A stretch of 64,000 bases of DNA, from the NCBI GenBank assembly GCA_963701295.1, contig OY969585.1, forward strand, positions 640,001 to 704,000, given 5' to 3'. The notes below the pieces were generated by a model, which did not search any database, was not told where the DNA came from, and saw nothing but the letters and a program-made list of their open reading frames with translations. The DNA comes from Ignavibacteriota bacterium (lineage in GTDB: Bacteria > Bacteroidota > Ignavibacteria > UBA10030). Of the stretch, positions 11,052 through 20,860 are shown piece by piece. The translations under genes and the position numbers were made by a program. Position 1 is the stretch's first letter. Every line of letters starts with the position of its first letter.

Positions 11052-12575
11052 TTACTTCGACATTGTTGTATTCACTCGACGATTTCCGCCGGGGATTTTC
11101 ACAATTTTTCGATATGCTTTTTTGATAATCCCGTTCAAGAACACTCTATCAAATTCCACAAGGAGCTGTCGTCGCTCGTTCCTTCGCAAGCATCTATACA
11201 ACGCATCCAACATCTCTTGATCACCCGATCGCACAGCAAGATCAATACTTTCCCTGAAAAATGATTTTTCGATTTCGTCGGGAATATGACTTTTTCGAAT
11301 TATCCCGGCTGTAGGAAGAGGCGGAAATGGAGCATCGGAAACACCCAGCAATTTCAGAGGAATCATTGTGCGGAGACATTTTTCACACTTACCACAGTTG
11401 ATATTCATGTCTTGGAAACACACCCGTAAATTCGCCAGCGCCGATTCGCTCTCACATATCTTCTCAATTTTCTCTGTCCGTCTCGCCTCACAGCCGTCGT
11501 GAATGATCTCAGGACAATCATTTGACCATAGAGGATCTATCAGGGGATGCGAACCCAGCGGGATCAGCTGAGTATAAGAGAAAGCCGAGGGAACGTAGAC
11601 ACGATGGAATCCAAGAAGAAGCCCAACGCTGGCTAGGACACTTCCTTGTGTGAGAAGTCTACTCAGGTTATAGCGATATCCGAATGGATAATGATTATGT
11701 TCAACCGGGATAAGGGCCTTACCAAAACTCTGAATGAAATGGGTGTTACGCTCGATCGCCATTTTGAATGTCCCAGTGGACTTACTCGATATTTCTTGTG
11801 GACACGCATCCTCCAGCAAGAATCGGTTCAAAACCTTAACGTCTTCTCCTTGAGGATTCTTTTCAAGTAACTGTTTCGTTTGGGGCCGCAGGTTAACCCC
11901 GTTAAAGCGCTGCGATTCGTAGATTACTGGCCCAGCGATCAAAGAATTGAGATCTCTGATTAATGCCGTTTCAACCATACCAGGATCTGAACCGGAGATT
12001 CGATAATTTGATAACGAGTGCAAAGTTGTTTTCGAAAGCATTCCTTGCAGGAACGCGTAGAGTGCGTTCCAGGGCATCATCAGTCTGTAGGCAAATTGCC
12101 CGAGATCACGAATGTCACCAACCGAAAATGCCGGGCCGTCCCCATTGTTTGCATAGAAATCGAATCCATGCATAAAAACCACATGGCTTATTTCTTCCTT
12201 GCGCTTGAGAAAAGTATATTCACTGTCCACACCTCCAGAAAAAAAAGACATACCACCGGCATGAAGCGGCTCAACAGGGGATGTCGTCGCATCGATGGGG
12301 ATTATCTTCAACTCTTCAGGATTCCATGAGTGGAAGATTTCCTGGAGACGGAAAGCATTCTCAAGTAACTTCAGAGAAACCGGCATACTTGCATCAATCT
12401 CAAGCTTCTCGCCCTGTCTCATCGCCGGAAGAAGTGCGGAGGCTAAGAAAGCATCGCCAGATTTCGAAACTGCGTACGATTTGGGTACTCGATACCACAA
12501 TCGATACCCATCCACTTCTGCGGATACTTCTATCGTAGCTGCTTGTTCTTTGATTTCCCTGTTTGCAACGCGCAT
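11052..12575 (-). CDS. PP-loop protein with Cys cluster and an internal insertion of about 120 aa; paralog of 8649..9821
   Basis: FFSGGVDS, HGFDF, GSHPLIDPLWS, RRTEK and LRVC...NCGKCEKCLRT. Confidence 0.7.
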   Translation of the reverse strand: MRVANREIKEQAATIEVSAEVDGYRLWYRVPKSYAVSKSGDAFLASALLPAMRQGEKLEIDASMPVSLKLLENAFRLQEIFHSWNPEELKIIPIDATTSPVEPLHAGGMSFFSGGVDSEYTFLKRKEEISHVVFMHGFDFYANNGDGPAFSVGDIRDLGQFAYRLMMPWNALYAFLQGMLSKTTLHSLSNYRISGSDPGMVETALIRDLNSLIAGPVIYESQRFNGVNLRPQTKQLLEKNPQGEDVKVLNRFLLEDACPQEISSKSTGTFKMAIERNTHFIQSFGKALIPVEHNHYPFGYRYNLSRLLTQGSVLASVGLLLGFHRVYVPSAFSYTQLIPLGSHPLIDPLWSNDCPEIIHDGCEARRTEKIEKICESESALANLRVCFQDMNINCGKCEKCLRTMIPLKLLGVSDAPFPPLPTAGIIRKSHIPDEIEKSFFRESIDLAVRSGDQEMLDALYRCLRRNERRQLLVEFDRVFLNGIIKKAYRKIVKIPGGNRRVNTTMSK

Positions 12576-12631
12576 GTTCTCTTTTCGTTCATATGGAAAG
12601 TTGTATATCTGTCAATCGTGCAGTTTTAGAT

Positions 12632-12830
12632 CTACTTCAACATTCGTTTGATTTTGTTTATTGTTCGATGTTGGTACCAGGCATGAGAGTAAGAGAGTCT
12701 TGATTCCATTTTCAAACCATTGTTTCAAAGATTTCTCTATATAATACCATTAACACAGCTGATACGTAAGAGCAAGAGTACCAGCATTCCTATAGAGTCA
12801 GAATGTACCAATGGAATCAATCACCTGAAA
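12632..12830 (-). pseudogene. Eroded remnant of another PP-loop paralog
   Basis: Minus-strand fragments YREIFETMV and AWYQHRTINKIKRMLK* match the C-terminus of 8649..9821 (YRALYEAMV...AWYQHRFINWIKRTMK). A broken SG-IDS-like piece lies upstream. Confidence 0.6.
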
Positions 12831-12858
12831 CAATGAGCACATATAGTATCCTTCTGAA

Positions 12859-13899
12859 TCATGAAATTTCATCTTGTTGACCAAAAAACCTTATATAAAA
12901 TATAAAAGAGGTTAGTACGTACATCCTTTTCTTCATGAGATATACAACACATCGACTAAATATTCGAAGCTTTCCAACAGCTTTATAATCTAAAAATGAT
13001 TCGGATATTATTTTACTATTCCTGATGAGAACCAACTGACGTGTAAAATTATCCACTGGTGAGTTCCAAGCATTGATAAGTAAACTAATAAGAAAATTTT
13101 CAATAACTTTTGCATGCATGGATTGCATTATTTGTGCATCGTATGATTTAATATATTTATAAAATTCACGCCATGACTCAAATGTCGTCGTAAGATGCGC
13201 CAAGTAATCATCTTTATATTTCGCGCGAATTTGACCGTTTCTATTTTCTACATAATGATAAAAATATTCATCTGTGGAATAGATGGATTTTGCATAATAA
13301 AATGAATATAGATTGAAAGTGGTGTCTTCTCCATATTTGATACTCTCATTAAAAAATATTTTATTATCTGTGAACAATTTTCTTCTATAGATATTACGTA
13401 CAACAAAATGGAAATTCTTAGAATCATACGCGGAAGAATGAATGATTGGCACTAAATCATGACGGTACAGGACCTTATTCTTTTCAAAATCTGTGCAGAA
13501 TTTTTCTACTTTACCATTTGGTTTTTCATAATAATGGCCGCAATTAACTATATCAACATTTTTATCTACAGCGATTATATACATCGCTGACAACATATCG
13601 CTTTCTATATAATCATCACTATCAACAAATGCTACATATTCACCTTGAGCGAGTTGCATTCCAAAATTTCTAGCAGAACTGGCTCCGCCATTTATTTTAT
13701 GAAAACTTTTAATACGTGAGTCCAATTTCGCGTATTCATCGCAGATGATCCCGCTTCTATCCGGTGACCCATCATTCACCAAAACAATCTCTATCTCTTT
13801 CAAGGTCTGAATGATTATGCTGTCGATGCACCTATGAAGTGTGTCCTCCGCTTTGTATACCGGCACTATGACGCTCACTTTTATATTCAAGCGTTCCAT
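12859..13899 (-). CDS. GT2 glycosyltransferase
   Basis: VPVYK, VNDGSPD, GASSARN, FVDSDD and GED motifs; visibly more AT-rich than the adjacent wzx. Confidence 0.9.
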   Translation of the reverse strand: MERLNIKVSVIVPVYKAEDTLHRCIDSIIIQTLKEIEIVLVNDGSPDRSGIICDEYAKLDSRIKSFHKINGGASSARNFGMQLAQGEYVAFVDSDDYIESDMLSAMYIIAVDKNVDIVNCGHYYEKPNGKVEKFCTDFEKNKVLYRHDLVPIIHSSAYDSKNFHFVVRNIYRRKLFTDNKIFFNESIKYGEDTTFNLYSFYYAKSIYSTDEYFYHYVENRNGQIRAKYKDDYLAHLTTTFESWREFYKYIKSYDAQIMQSMHAKVIENFLISLLINAWNSPVDNFTRQLVLIRNSKIISESFLDYKAVGKLRIFSRCVVYLMKKRMYVLTSFIFYIRFFGQQDEIS

Positions 13900-14103
13900 T
13901 GATAAGCTCCGAGTACGGCCGTCAAAAACACTACGAACAACTGTCTGTCAAAGCGTTAAAAGTGAAACCGAGTTTAAGTTACCTTGTCACGAATGCAAGC
14001 ACGTCAATACAACACTCGTGGTCTAGTGGAATCGCTACCGCAGGGAAGAAATCACCATTTCTATCTACGCTGAAATACTTTACTGCCTAAGGCTCGACAA
14101 ATA

Positions 14104-15603
14104 TTATTTTGCCCGAAATTTCGTTAACAGCGTACTTACACTAAACCCCGATTTTTGTGACAACTGCCTGAGGCAGAGATACGTGACAGGACCCAGAACA
14201 ACAAGATTTATCGCCCAGGTAATAATCGGAATGACATTGAAACTGCAGTTGAGCATCAGGATTACCATAACGGCGGTCGAAAGAAGTACCAACATGAAAA
14301 CGTAGCGATTCCAGGTGGCACCAATCAATCCGTGCATAATGAAGTACATCATCACGGTGTAAGAAAAAAGGACAATCGTAAAAGCGATGCCGGTGCCAGT
14401 AAGCCCCCAGAGCCATGAACAAAAGAAAACAGCAATAACTTGGCCAGCAGCAAGCAACAGTTCAGTAAAAAAATACAACTGGCCTTTACCTTTTGCCAAT
14501 ATCACAAAACCGAGCGGCCAAGAGAAGACCTGACCAAGGACGCCGAAGAGGTTCCAACGGAGGATCGGAATAGCAGCAGTGAACGATTTAGTATAGAAGA
14601 TGCGAATAACCAGAGGTGCGAAGACCATCATTGCAGCCAATGCTGGTAATGCGAGTAGTATTGATATCTCTGCTTGCTCATTAATCATTTGGCGAACTTT
14701 TGTATTGTCACCGGATACGGCAGTCACGCGTGGGTAGTAATCGGTTCCCATAGCGTTAAGCACGAAGCCGACCAGGACTCCGGAGAGGCCGAAGGCAGCA
14801 TGGTAGAGGCCGACACCTTCGAGACTGAACTGACGTACCAGCAAAATCCGAATCAAATATTGCCCTACGGTGGCTACCAGACCCGCGCCCATAAAATTGA
14901 TTCCTAGCGTCAGCAAACGCTGTGCCTCATCGCGGCTGTTGCGCCACGTTAATGCAACTGGCACAATTGGTACACGGCGCGCGAACCACCACGAAGATAC
15001 AAGCGAAGCGATTGCAGAAAGAATAAGACTAGGCACAATCCCTTTCTGTCCCCACAAATAATAACACGGGATACTGATGAGTACGCCATTGACTGTGCCG
15101 ATGACATTGATTTTTGCGATATCGCTAATACGGCGTGTTCCTTGCAAGACACAGCCTTGACCAGATGTGATAGAACTGAGAAGGATAGTAATTCCAAGAA
15201 ATGCAATTGGGAGTGCGTACGTGTCACTGTTAAAAGTGATCCATGATATTGGGATACAAAAGAGAATCATTGCCAGCATCCCGAAGCTGCCGGTCAGCCA
15301 GACTATTCTTCGTAGAGTAATTACCGTACGAGCAATCCGTTCCTCATCGCTTGTACCCACTGACTCAGCGATCTGACGAACGCCGCTACTCCCGAGCCCC
15401 ATCCCTGAAATTCCGCACACCAGTGAGGTGATTTGAGAATATGTTCCTAGTAGACCGACTCCGGCAGGACCGATAAGCATGGCAACAAATTTGGTGCGCA
15501 CCATCGCGATCAGAATTTTGATGAACGATGCCCCACCAATTAACGAAGTCGATTTCAGTATGTTACGGTAGCTACTGCTGTCGTGTTTACTCTCAAGAGA
15601 CAC
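14104..15603 (-). CDS. wzx: Wzx O-antigen/polysaccharide flippase, copy 2
   Basis: 499 aa, many TM segments, ILKSTSLIGG, RTKFVA and DYYPR; GTG start with an AGGAG RBS. Confidence 0.88.
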   Translation of the reverse strand: MSLESKHDSSSYRNILKSTSLIGGASFIKILIAMVRTKFVAMLIGPAGVGLLGTYSQITSLVCGISGMGLGSSGVRQIAESVGTSDEERIARTVITLRRIVWLTGSFGMLAMILFCIPISWITFNSDTYALPIAFLGITILLSSITSGQGCVLQGTRRISDIAKINVIGTVNGVLISIPCYYLWGQKGIVPSLILSAIASLVSSWWFARRVPIVPVALTWRNSRDEAQRLLTLGINFMGAGLVATVGQYLIRILLVRQFSLEGVGLYHAAFGLSGVLVGFVLNAMGTDYYPRVTAVSGDNTKVRQMINEQAEISILLALPALAAMMVFAPLVIRIFYTKSFTAAIPILRWNLFGVLGQVFSWPLGFVILAKGKGQLYFFTELLLAAGQVIAVFFCSWLWGLTGTGIAFTIVLFSYTVMMYFIMHGLIGATWNRYVFMLVLLSTAVMVILMLNCSFNVIPIITWAINLVVLGPVTYLCLRQLSQKSGFSVSTLLTKFRAK

Positions 15604-15672
15604 TAAAATTCTTTACTCCTGTTGTTTTGATGAGCGATTATTGCGCACCTTTCTTTGCGATCCGTTTTTTCT

Positions 15673-16015
15673 TCATTCTTGCTTCGTATGAGCCGTTGAT
15701 AACCTATTACTTTCTATATAATCATCACTATCAACAAATGCTGTATGTTCACCTTGAGCATGTCTCATCCCGATGTTCCTGGCAGAACTGGCTCCACCAT
15801 TATTTTTTGTGATGACTTTTAATCCGTGAATCCAATTTTTCATATTCATCACAAATATCACCACTACGATCAGACGAACCATCATCCACCAAGATAATTT
15901 CAGTATCATTCAACGTCTGACCGACAAGACTATCAATACACTTACGAATCCCAGCCTCCACGTTATGAACAGAAACAACAATACTAACTTTTGGCGACAT
16001 ATTTCCGTGATCCAT
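15673..16015 (-). pseudogene. Frameshifted, truncated GT2 paralog of 12859..13899
   Basis: Two overlapping ORFs join into a GT2 N-terminus. An extra base in the A-run near 15803-15808 shifts the frame, and homology stops just after DSDDYIES. Confidence 0.8.
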
Positions 16016-16051
16016 AATTGATTCTTAATTTGTAGACTGAAGTAAAACCGC

Positions 16052-16978
16052 TCATCGTAGGTTGTCGATCGTGATTTTGAGGTATAGAACCTTCTCTCGA
16101 AAAGAAAAAAGTTTCGACGGAAGAATATTACACATGTAATAAACAGTTTTGTGACGACCTGAATAAAAACGGAATATTATTATTGTTCTGGTAAGTGTGT
16201 TTCTTAATATTCTTTCTACGCGGTTTTTTATCGTAACAAGACCATCATCCCTGGCAAGAGCAATCATAAAATCTCTTGAATTTTGTCTATACATACTATA
16301 AAACATGGCCAATTTTGGTATTGTCGAGAGGGAGGTTTCGTTTTTCCTGTAGTACACTCCTACCGAATGATGGCGATATACTGATCCGATAAGCAAAGAA
16401 CGGAAAACCAGAGGAGCATCCTCTGCTTGGCACCAAGACGGAAGTGGTCCAAAGTATTCGAATATTTTTTTTCTATAGGCCATTGCGGAACCATGGATGG
16501 GCTGCTTATTCCTGTTGCCATAATCCTCTAATTTATATTTGCCTTCGATCTTCTTGTCATTTTTTTTGGGCAAGATATTGCCTTTAATATCTATACTTAT
16601 GTGCTGCATGCTTACTGCCAATATATTCTGGTTCTTCGAAAATATCTCCCACGTTTCTTTAGTGCGATCCGATAGAGAGATATCATCTCCCGCTGCAACA
16701 ACAACGATCTCAGCAGTAGCTATTTTAAATACCTTGTTTATATGAGCACACAATCCGAGATTTGGCTCATTACGGTTGAGAATGATTGTATGTGGCCCTT
16801 CATACTCATCCGCCATTCGAGACATGATCTCGTAAGTTCGATCAGAAGAACCGTCGTCAGAGAGGATGATCTCGAGCGGTGAATAAGTCTGTGACAGGGC
16901 ACCCCGTACGGCCTCTTCGATGAATTGTTCCTGATTGTAGGCAAAGAGGGCAAATGTGATGAGTGGTCGTTCTTTCAT
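16052..16978 (-). CDS. GT2 glycosyltransferase
   Basis: LFAYNQE, SDDGSSD, AAGDDIS and AED motifs. Confidence 0.88.
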   Translation of the reverse strand: MKERPLITFALFAYNQEQFIEEAVRGALSQTYSPLEIILSDDGSSDRTYEIMSRMADEYEGPHTIILNRNEPNLGLCAHINKVFKIATAEIVVVAAGDDISLSDRTKETWEIFSKNQNILAVSMQHISIDIKGNILPKKNDKKIEGKYKLEDYGNRNKQPIHGSAMAYRKKIFEYFGPLPSWCQAEDAPLVFRSLLIGSVYRHHSVGVYYRKNETSLSTIPKLAMFYSMYRQNSRDFMIALARDDGLVTIKNRVERILRNTLTRTIIIFRFYSGRHKTVYYMCNILPSKLFSFREKVLYLKITIDNLR

Positions 16979-17057
16979 AATGTATCAATTCCTTGACCCG
17001 GCGATACGCCTGTCGATTAGTAATTCAAACATCGTTGCTTGAGGCTCAATTGACACA

Positions 17058-18557
17058 TTACTTTGTCCTAAACCTATCGAACAAGGCGTGCAAACCGATC
17101 TCAGATTTTTGTGACAATTGCCTGAGGCAGAGGTACGTTACAGGGACTAAGACGACAATATTGATCGCCCATTCAACAATAGGGCTGACGTTGAGACTGC
17201 AGTTGAGCATCAGGCTCACCATAACGGCGCTCGCAAGAAGTACTAGTTTAAGAGTGCGATAGGTCCAGTTGGTGCCAGCCACCCTGCGTACCACAATGAG
17301 CATCAGCGCAGTGTAGAAAACATAGAGAGTCAGGAAAGCGATCCCAGTACCAATGAGTCCCCAAATCAACGCGAAATAGTAAGTCGCTCCAACAAGCAAA
17401 ACGCAAGCAAAAAGTTCGGTGAGGAAGTACAATTGTCCTTTCCCTTTTGCCAGTATTATGAAGCCCAGCGGCCATGAAAAGACACGACCGAGAACGCCGA
17501 GAATGCTCCAACGCAGTATAGGAACAGCAGCCATAAAGGATTCGGTATAGAAGACACGGATGACTAGTGGTGCGAAGACCATCATCGCCGCTAAGCCCGG
17601 TAGCGAGAGTAGTATAGATATCTCCGCTTGCTCGTTAAACATTCGGTGAACTTTAACATTGTCGCTGGATGCGGCTGTAAGACGTGGGTAGTAATCGGTC
17701 CCCATAGCGCCGAGCACAAAACCTACAAGGATACCAGAGAGGCCGAATGCTGACTGATAGATGCCGACATCATTGAGACCGAATTGACGGATTAAAAAAA
17801 TCCGGATCAGGTAATTCGACAACTGTGCAATGAGACCTGCACCTACAAAGCTAAGCCCTAACGCTAACAGTTGGCGCGCCTCATCACTTGCAGCATGCCA
17901 CTTCAATGCAATAGGCATAATCGGTACGCGGCGTGCAAACCACCACGATGTTATCAACGAAGCTATCGCATAGAGGATCAGGCTGACAACAATTCCCTTT
18001 AGTCCCCAAAAATAGTAACATGGGATACTAATAAGTGTACCGTAAACTGTACCGAGGACACTAATTTTGGCAATGTCGCCGATCCGTCGAGTCCCTTGCA
18101 GTACACAACCCTGGCCAGAAGCAATTGCACTGAGAAGGATAGTGATTCCAAGAAACGCGATGGGCAGCGCATACGAGTCGCTATTAAATGTGATCGTTGA
18201 GATCGGGATACAGAAGAGGATCATGACCAGCATCCCGACGCTACCGGTTACCCAGACTGTCCTTCGCAGAGTGAACACCGTTCGGGAAATTCGTACCTCA
18301 TCGCCTGTACCGACTGCTTCGGCAATTTGACGAACCCCGCTGCTCCCGAGCCCCATCCCTGACATCGTACCCACCACTGATGTGATCTGACTATAAGTCC
18401 CTATGAGACCGACGCCGGTCGGACCGATCAGCAAGGCAACGAACTTCGTGCGCACCATCGAGATCAGGATATTGATAATCGATGCACCACCGATCAACGA
18501 AGTTGATTTCAGTATACTTCGGTAGCTGCCACTATTGGATTCATTTTGCGAATCTAC
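17058..18557 (-). CDS. wzx: Wzx flippase, copy 1 (homologous start codon is GTA; first canonical start is TTG 18497)
   Basis: Colinear paralog of 14104..15603. The open frame extends 20 codons upstream of 18497 (VDSQNESNSGSYRSILKSTS), giving the same 499 aa. Confidence 0.82.
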   Translation of the reverse strand, partial: VDSQNESNSGSYRSILKSTSLIGGASIINILISMVRTKFVALLIGPTGVGLIGTYSQITSVVGTMSGMGLGSSGVRQIAEAVGTGDEVRISRTVFTLRRTVWVTGSVGMLVMILFCIPISTITFNSDSYALPIAFLGITILLSAIASGQGCVLQGTRRIGDIAKISVLGTVYGTLISIPCYYFWGLKGIVVSLILYAIASLITSWWFARRVPIMPIALKWHAASDEARQLLALGLSFVGAGLIAQLSNYLIRIFLIRQFGLNDVGIYQSAFGLSGILVGFVLGAMGTDYYPRLTAASSDNVKVHRMFNEQAEISILLSLPGLAAMMVFAPLVIRVFYTESFMAAVPILRWSILGVLGRVFSWPLGFIILAKGKGQLYFLTELFACVLLVGATYYFALIWGLIGTGIAFLTLYVFYTALMLIVVRRVAGTNWTYRTLKLVLLASAVMVSLMLNCSLNVSPIVEWAINIVVLVPVTYLCLRQLSQKSEIGLHALFDRFRTK

Positions 18558-18620
18558 TAAAATCTTTATTCCTATAGTTATGATTCGTGATGGAATTATT
18601 CACGTTTGTTTTGATCACAT

Positions 18621-19724
18621 TTAAAATTGGCACGATGCCCGAATGGCAGAAATCACCGATTCTGCTTGTCCAAGATTCATATTTGGTCCCATAGGCAGGC
18701 TCAACACCTCGGCATGAATTTTCTCTGTAATCGGAAAAGCACCTCGCCCATAGCCAAGTCCGTTGTAAGCTGGCTGCATGTGCGGCGGGATAGGATAATG
18801 AATCATCGTCCCTATGCCACGTTCAGTCAAACGGCGTGCTAATTCATCTCGATTCGGGTGCCGAACAATATATACATGCCATACAGATTCACAGCCCTCA
18901 ACCACAGTAGGTAACACGAGATCTTTTATCCCTCCAAGCCCATCGGAATACGCCTTTGCAATTTTGTTCCTCAGGGAATTGTCGCCATCAAGCAGAAGTA
19001 ACTTGGCGCGTAAAAAAGCAGACTGTAACTCGTCAAGACGTGAGTTGAACCCTTTCGCTTCATTATGGTACTTGATACGCGATCCGTAGTTGCGTAATAC
19101 ACGGATCTTATCGGCCAACTGAGAATCGTTGGTAGTTACTGCTCCACTATCTCCAAGCGCTCCCAGATTCTTGCCCGGATAAAAGCTGAAACCTGCTGCA
19201 TCGCCAAGCGAACCTGTCCGCTTTCCGGCATATGCTGCACCATGAGCCTGAGCAGCGTCTTCCAATATTTTTATTCCGTACCGTTTTCCAATTTCGGTTA
19301 TCTTTGACATCTCAGCTGCCTGCCCATAGAGGTGAACTGGAATAATAGCTTTGGTTCGTGGTGTAATAGCAACTTCAATCAGCTCCGGATCGATATTGAA
19401 AGAACTCTCACGGGGTTCCACCGGGATTGGCGTTGCTCCTGAATATGTTACAGCCAGCCAAGTTGCAATATAAGTATTGCAGGGCACAATCACTTCATCA
19501 CCCGGCCCGATATTCCATGCTCGCAATACGAGATGTAATGCCTCAAGACCATTTCCGACGCCGATGCAATGCTGAACACCACAGAAAGCTGCAAATTCGT
19601 TCTCAAAAGCCTCGCATTCCTTGCCAAGAATGAACCAACCACTTTCTAACACCCTGTCAAGTGCTTGATGAAATGCTTCACGTTGTCGGAGATTAATTGT
19701 TTTAAGGTCAAGAAAGGGAATCAT
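18621..19724 (-). CDS. fdtB: DegT/DnrJ/EryC1/StrS aminotransferase (FdtB-like dTDP-3-amino-3,6-dideoxyhexose transaminase)
   Basis: [26 protein letters not shown] and NSRLDELQ; adjacent to the FdtA/C fusion. Confidence 0.85.
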   Translation of the reverse strand: MIPFLDLKTINLRQREAFHQALDRVLESGWFILGKECEAFENEFAAFCGVQHCIGVGNGLEALHLVLRAWNIGPGDEVIVPCNTYIATWLAVTYSGATPIPVEPRESSFNIDPELIEVAITPRTKAIIPVHLYGQAAEMSKITEIGKRYGIKILEDAAQAHGAAYAGKRTGSLGDAAGFSFYPGKNLGALGDSGAVTTNDSQLADKIRVLRNYGSRIKYHNEAKGFNSRLDELQSAFLRAKLLLLDGDNSLRNKIAKAYSDGLGGIKDLVLPTVVEGCESVWHVYIVRHPNRDELARRLTERGIGTMIHYPIPPHMQPAYNGLGYGRGAFPITEKIHAEVLSLPMGPNMNLGQAESVISAIRASCQF

Positions 19725-20664
19725 TTTTTCCTTTTTGTTGTTTGGCATATTCTAAAAAATGATTGTAATCACGGATATAGTCATTTGCATCGTAGGGATG
19801 TGACATCAGAACGACCAACACTGCATCTTTTGAATATTTGTATTGAGTCGTCCAAACACAGGGTTGGACATGTATACCAAGAGAGGGAGTGTCCAACTTC
19901 ACCTCTGCTCTGTTGAGACCATCATCTAACTGCACAACAATTTGGCCTGCAACGCAGAATAATAATTCATGACATTCTTTGTGCGCATGCTCTCCTCGAA
20001 CTTCTTTTGACGGAACATCAAATACCCAGAAACATCGTTTGACGGTAAACGGTAAATCTTTCTCGAATTCAACAACTGATAAACTCCCTCGGAGATCTAC
20101 AAATTTAGGTAATTTATAAATACAGCATCCACCGACACCCGTATCGATTCGCTTGTCTTTATCCACATCGGAGATGTTTACTGTAGAGAACTTCGTCTGT
20201 GTTGTAGAATCATATCCATTAATTACACCCGGATTTCCAACTACAATTGCATTGGGAGGTACATTACGCAAAACGACCGATCCAGCGCCGATCATAGCAT
20301 TCATGCCTATTGTCACACCGGGCAGTATGGTGGCGTTCGCGCCAATAGACGCACCTTGATGGATCGTCGTTAATAAGAGCTTGAAGTGTTTTTTACTTCG
20401 TGGATATAAATCGTTCGTGAATGTAACGTTCGGCCCGATAAAAACATCATCTTCAATACGCAATCCATCCCAAATCTGCACGCCCGATTTGATCGTCACA
20501 CGATCGCCAATTACAACATCGTTTTCAATCAAGCAATGAGAACAAATATTTACATCGTTCCCGATACGTGCACCGGGCAGGATAACTACATATTGCCAAA
20601 TGCGGGTACTGGATCCAATGGCCTTGGTCTGGACATCAGCGAGTGGATGAATAAAATTATTCAT
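19708..20664 (-). CDS. wxcM: WxcM/FdtD-like bifunctional hexapeptide N-acyltransferase + cupin 3,4-ketoisomerase
   Basis: N-terminal left-handed beta-helix repeats ([11 protein letters not shown]) and C-terminal DLRGSL...RGEHAH FdtA cupin. Confidence 0.88.
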   Translation of the reverse strand: MNNFIHPLADVQTKAIGSSTRIWQYVVILPGARIGNDVNICSHCLIENDVVIGDRVTIKSGVQIWDGLRIEDDVFIGPNVTFTNDLYPRSKKHFKLLLTTIHQGASIGANATILPGVTIGMNAMIGAGSVVLRNVPPNAIVVGNPGVINGYDSTTQTKFSTVNISDVDKDKRIDTGVGGCCIYKLPKFVDLRGSLSVVEFEKDLPFTVKRCFWVFDVPSKEVRGEHAHKECHELLFCVAGQIVVQLDDGLNRAEVKLDTPSLGIHVQPCVWTTQYKYSKDAVLVVLMSHPYDANDYIRDYNHFLEYAKQQKGKNDSLS

Positions 20665-20860
20665 ATTTTTTTCTTTCGATGCTGAGTCGTTGAGTTCATT
20701 AATCGTAATACAATCATTGGCATTGGGGATCTAATGCCCCCACCAATATTAAAAAGTCGATTTCGAGATGATGGTGGGAGTAACCAGAAGATTGGTTGGC
20801 AGCGCTACTGCCTGCGCCCCAAACTTGACAAAAGCACTCCAGAGGATTTTCCAAAAATAA

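Noticed and set aside
11778-12149. Intein in the PP-loop protein
   Set aside because: No Hint-domain terminal motifs and no homing endonuclease signature.
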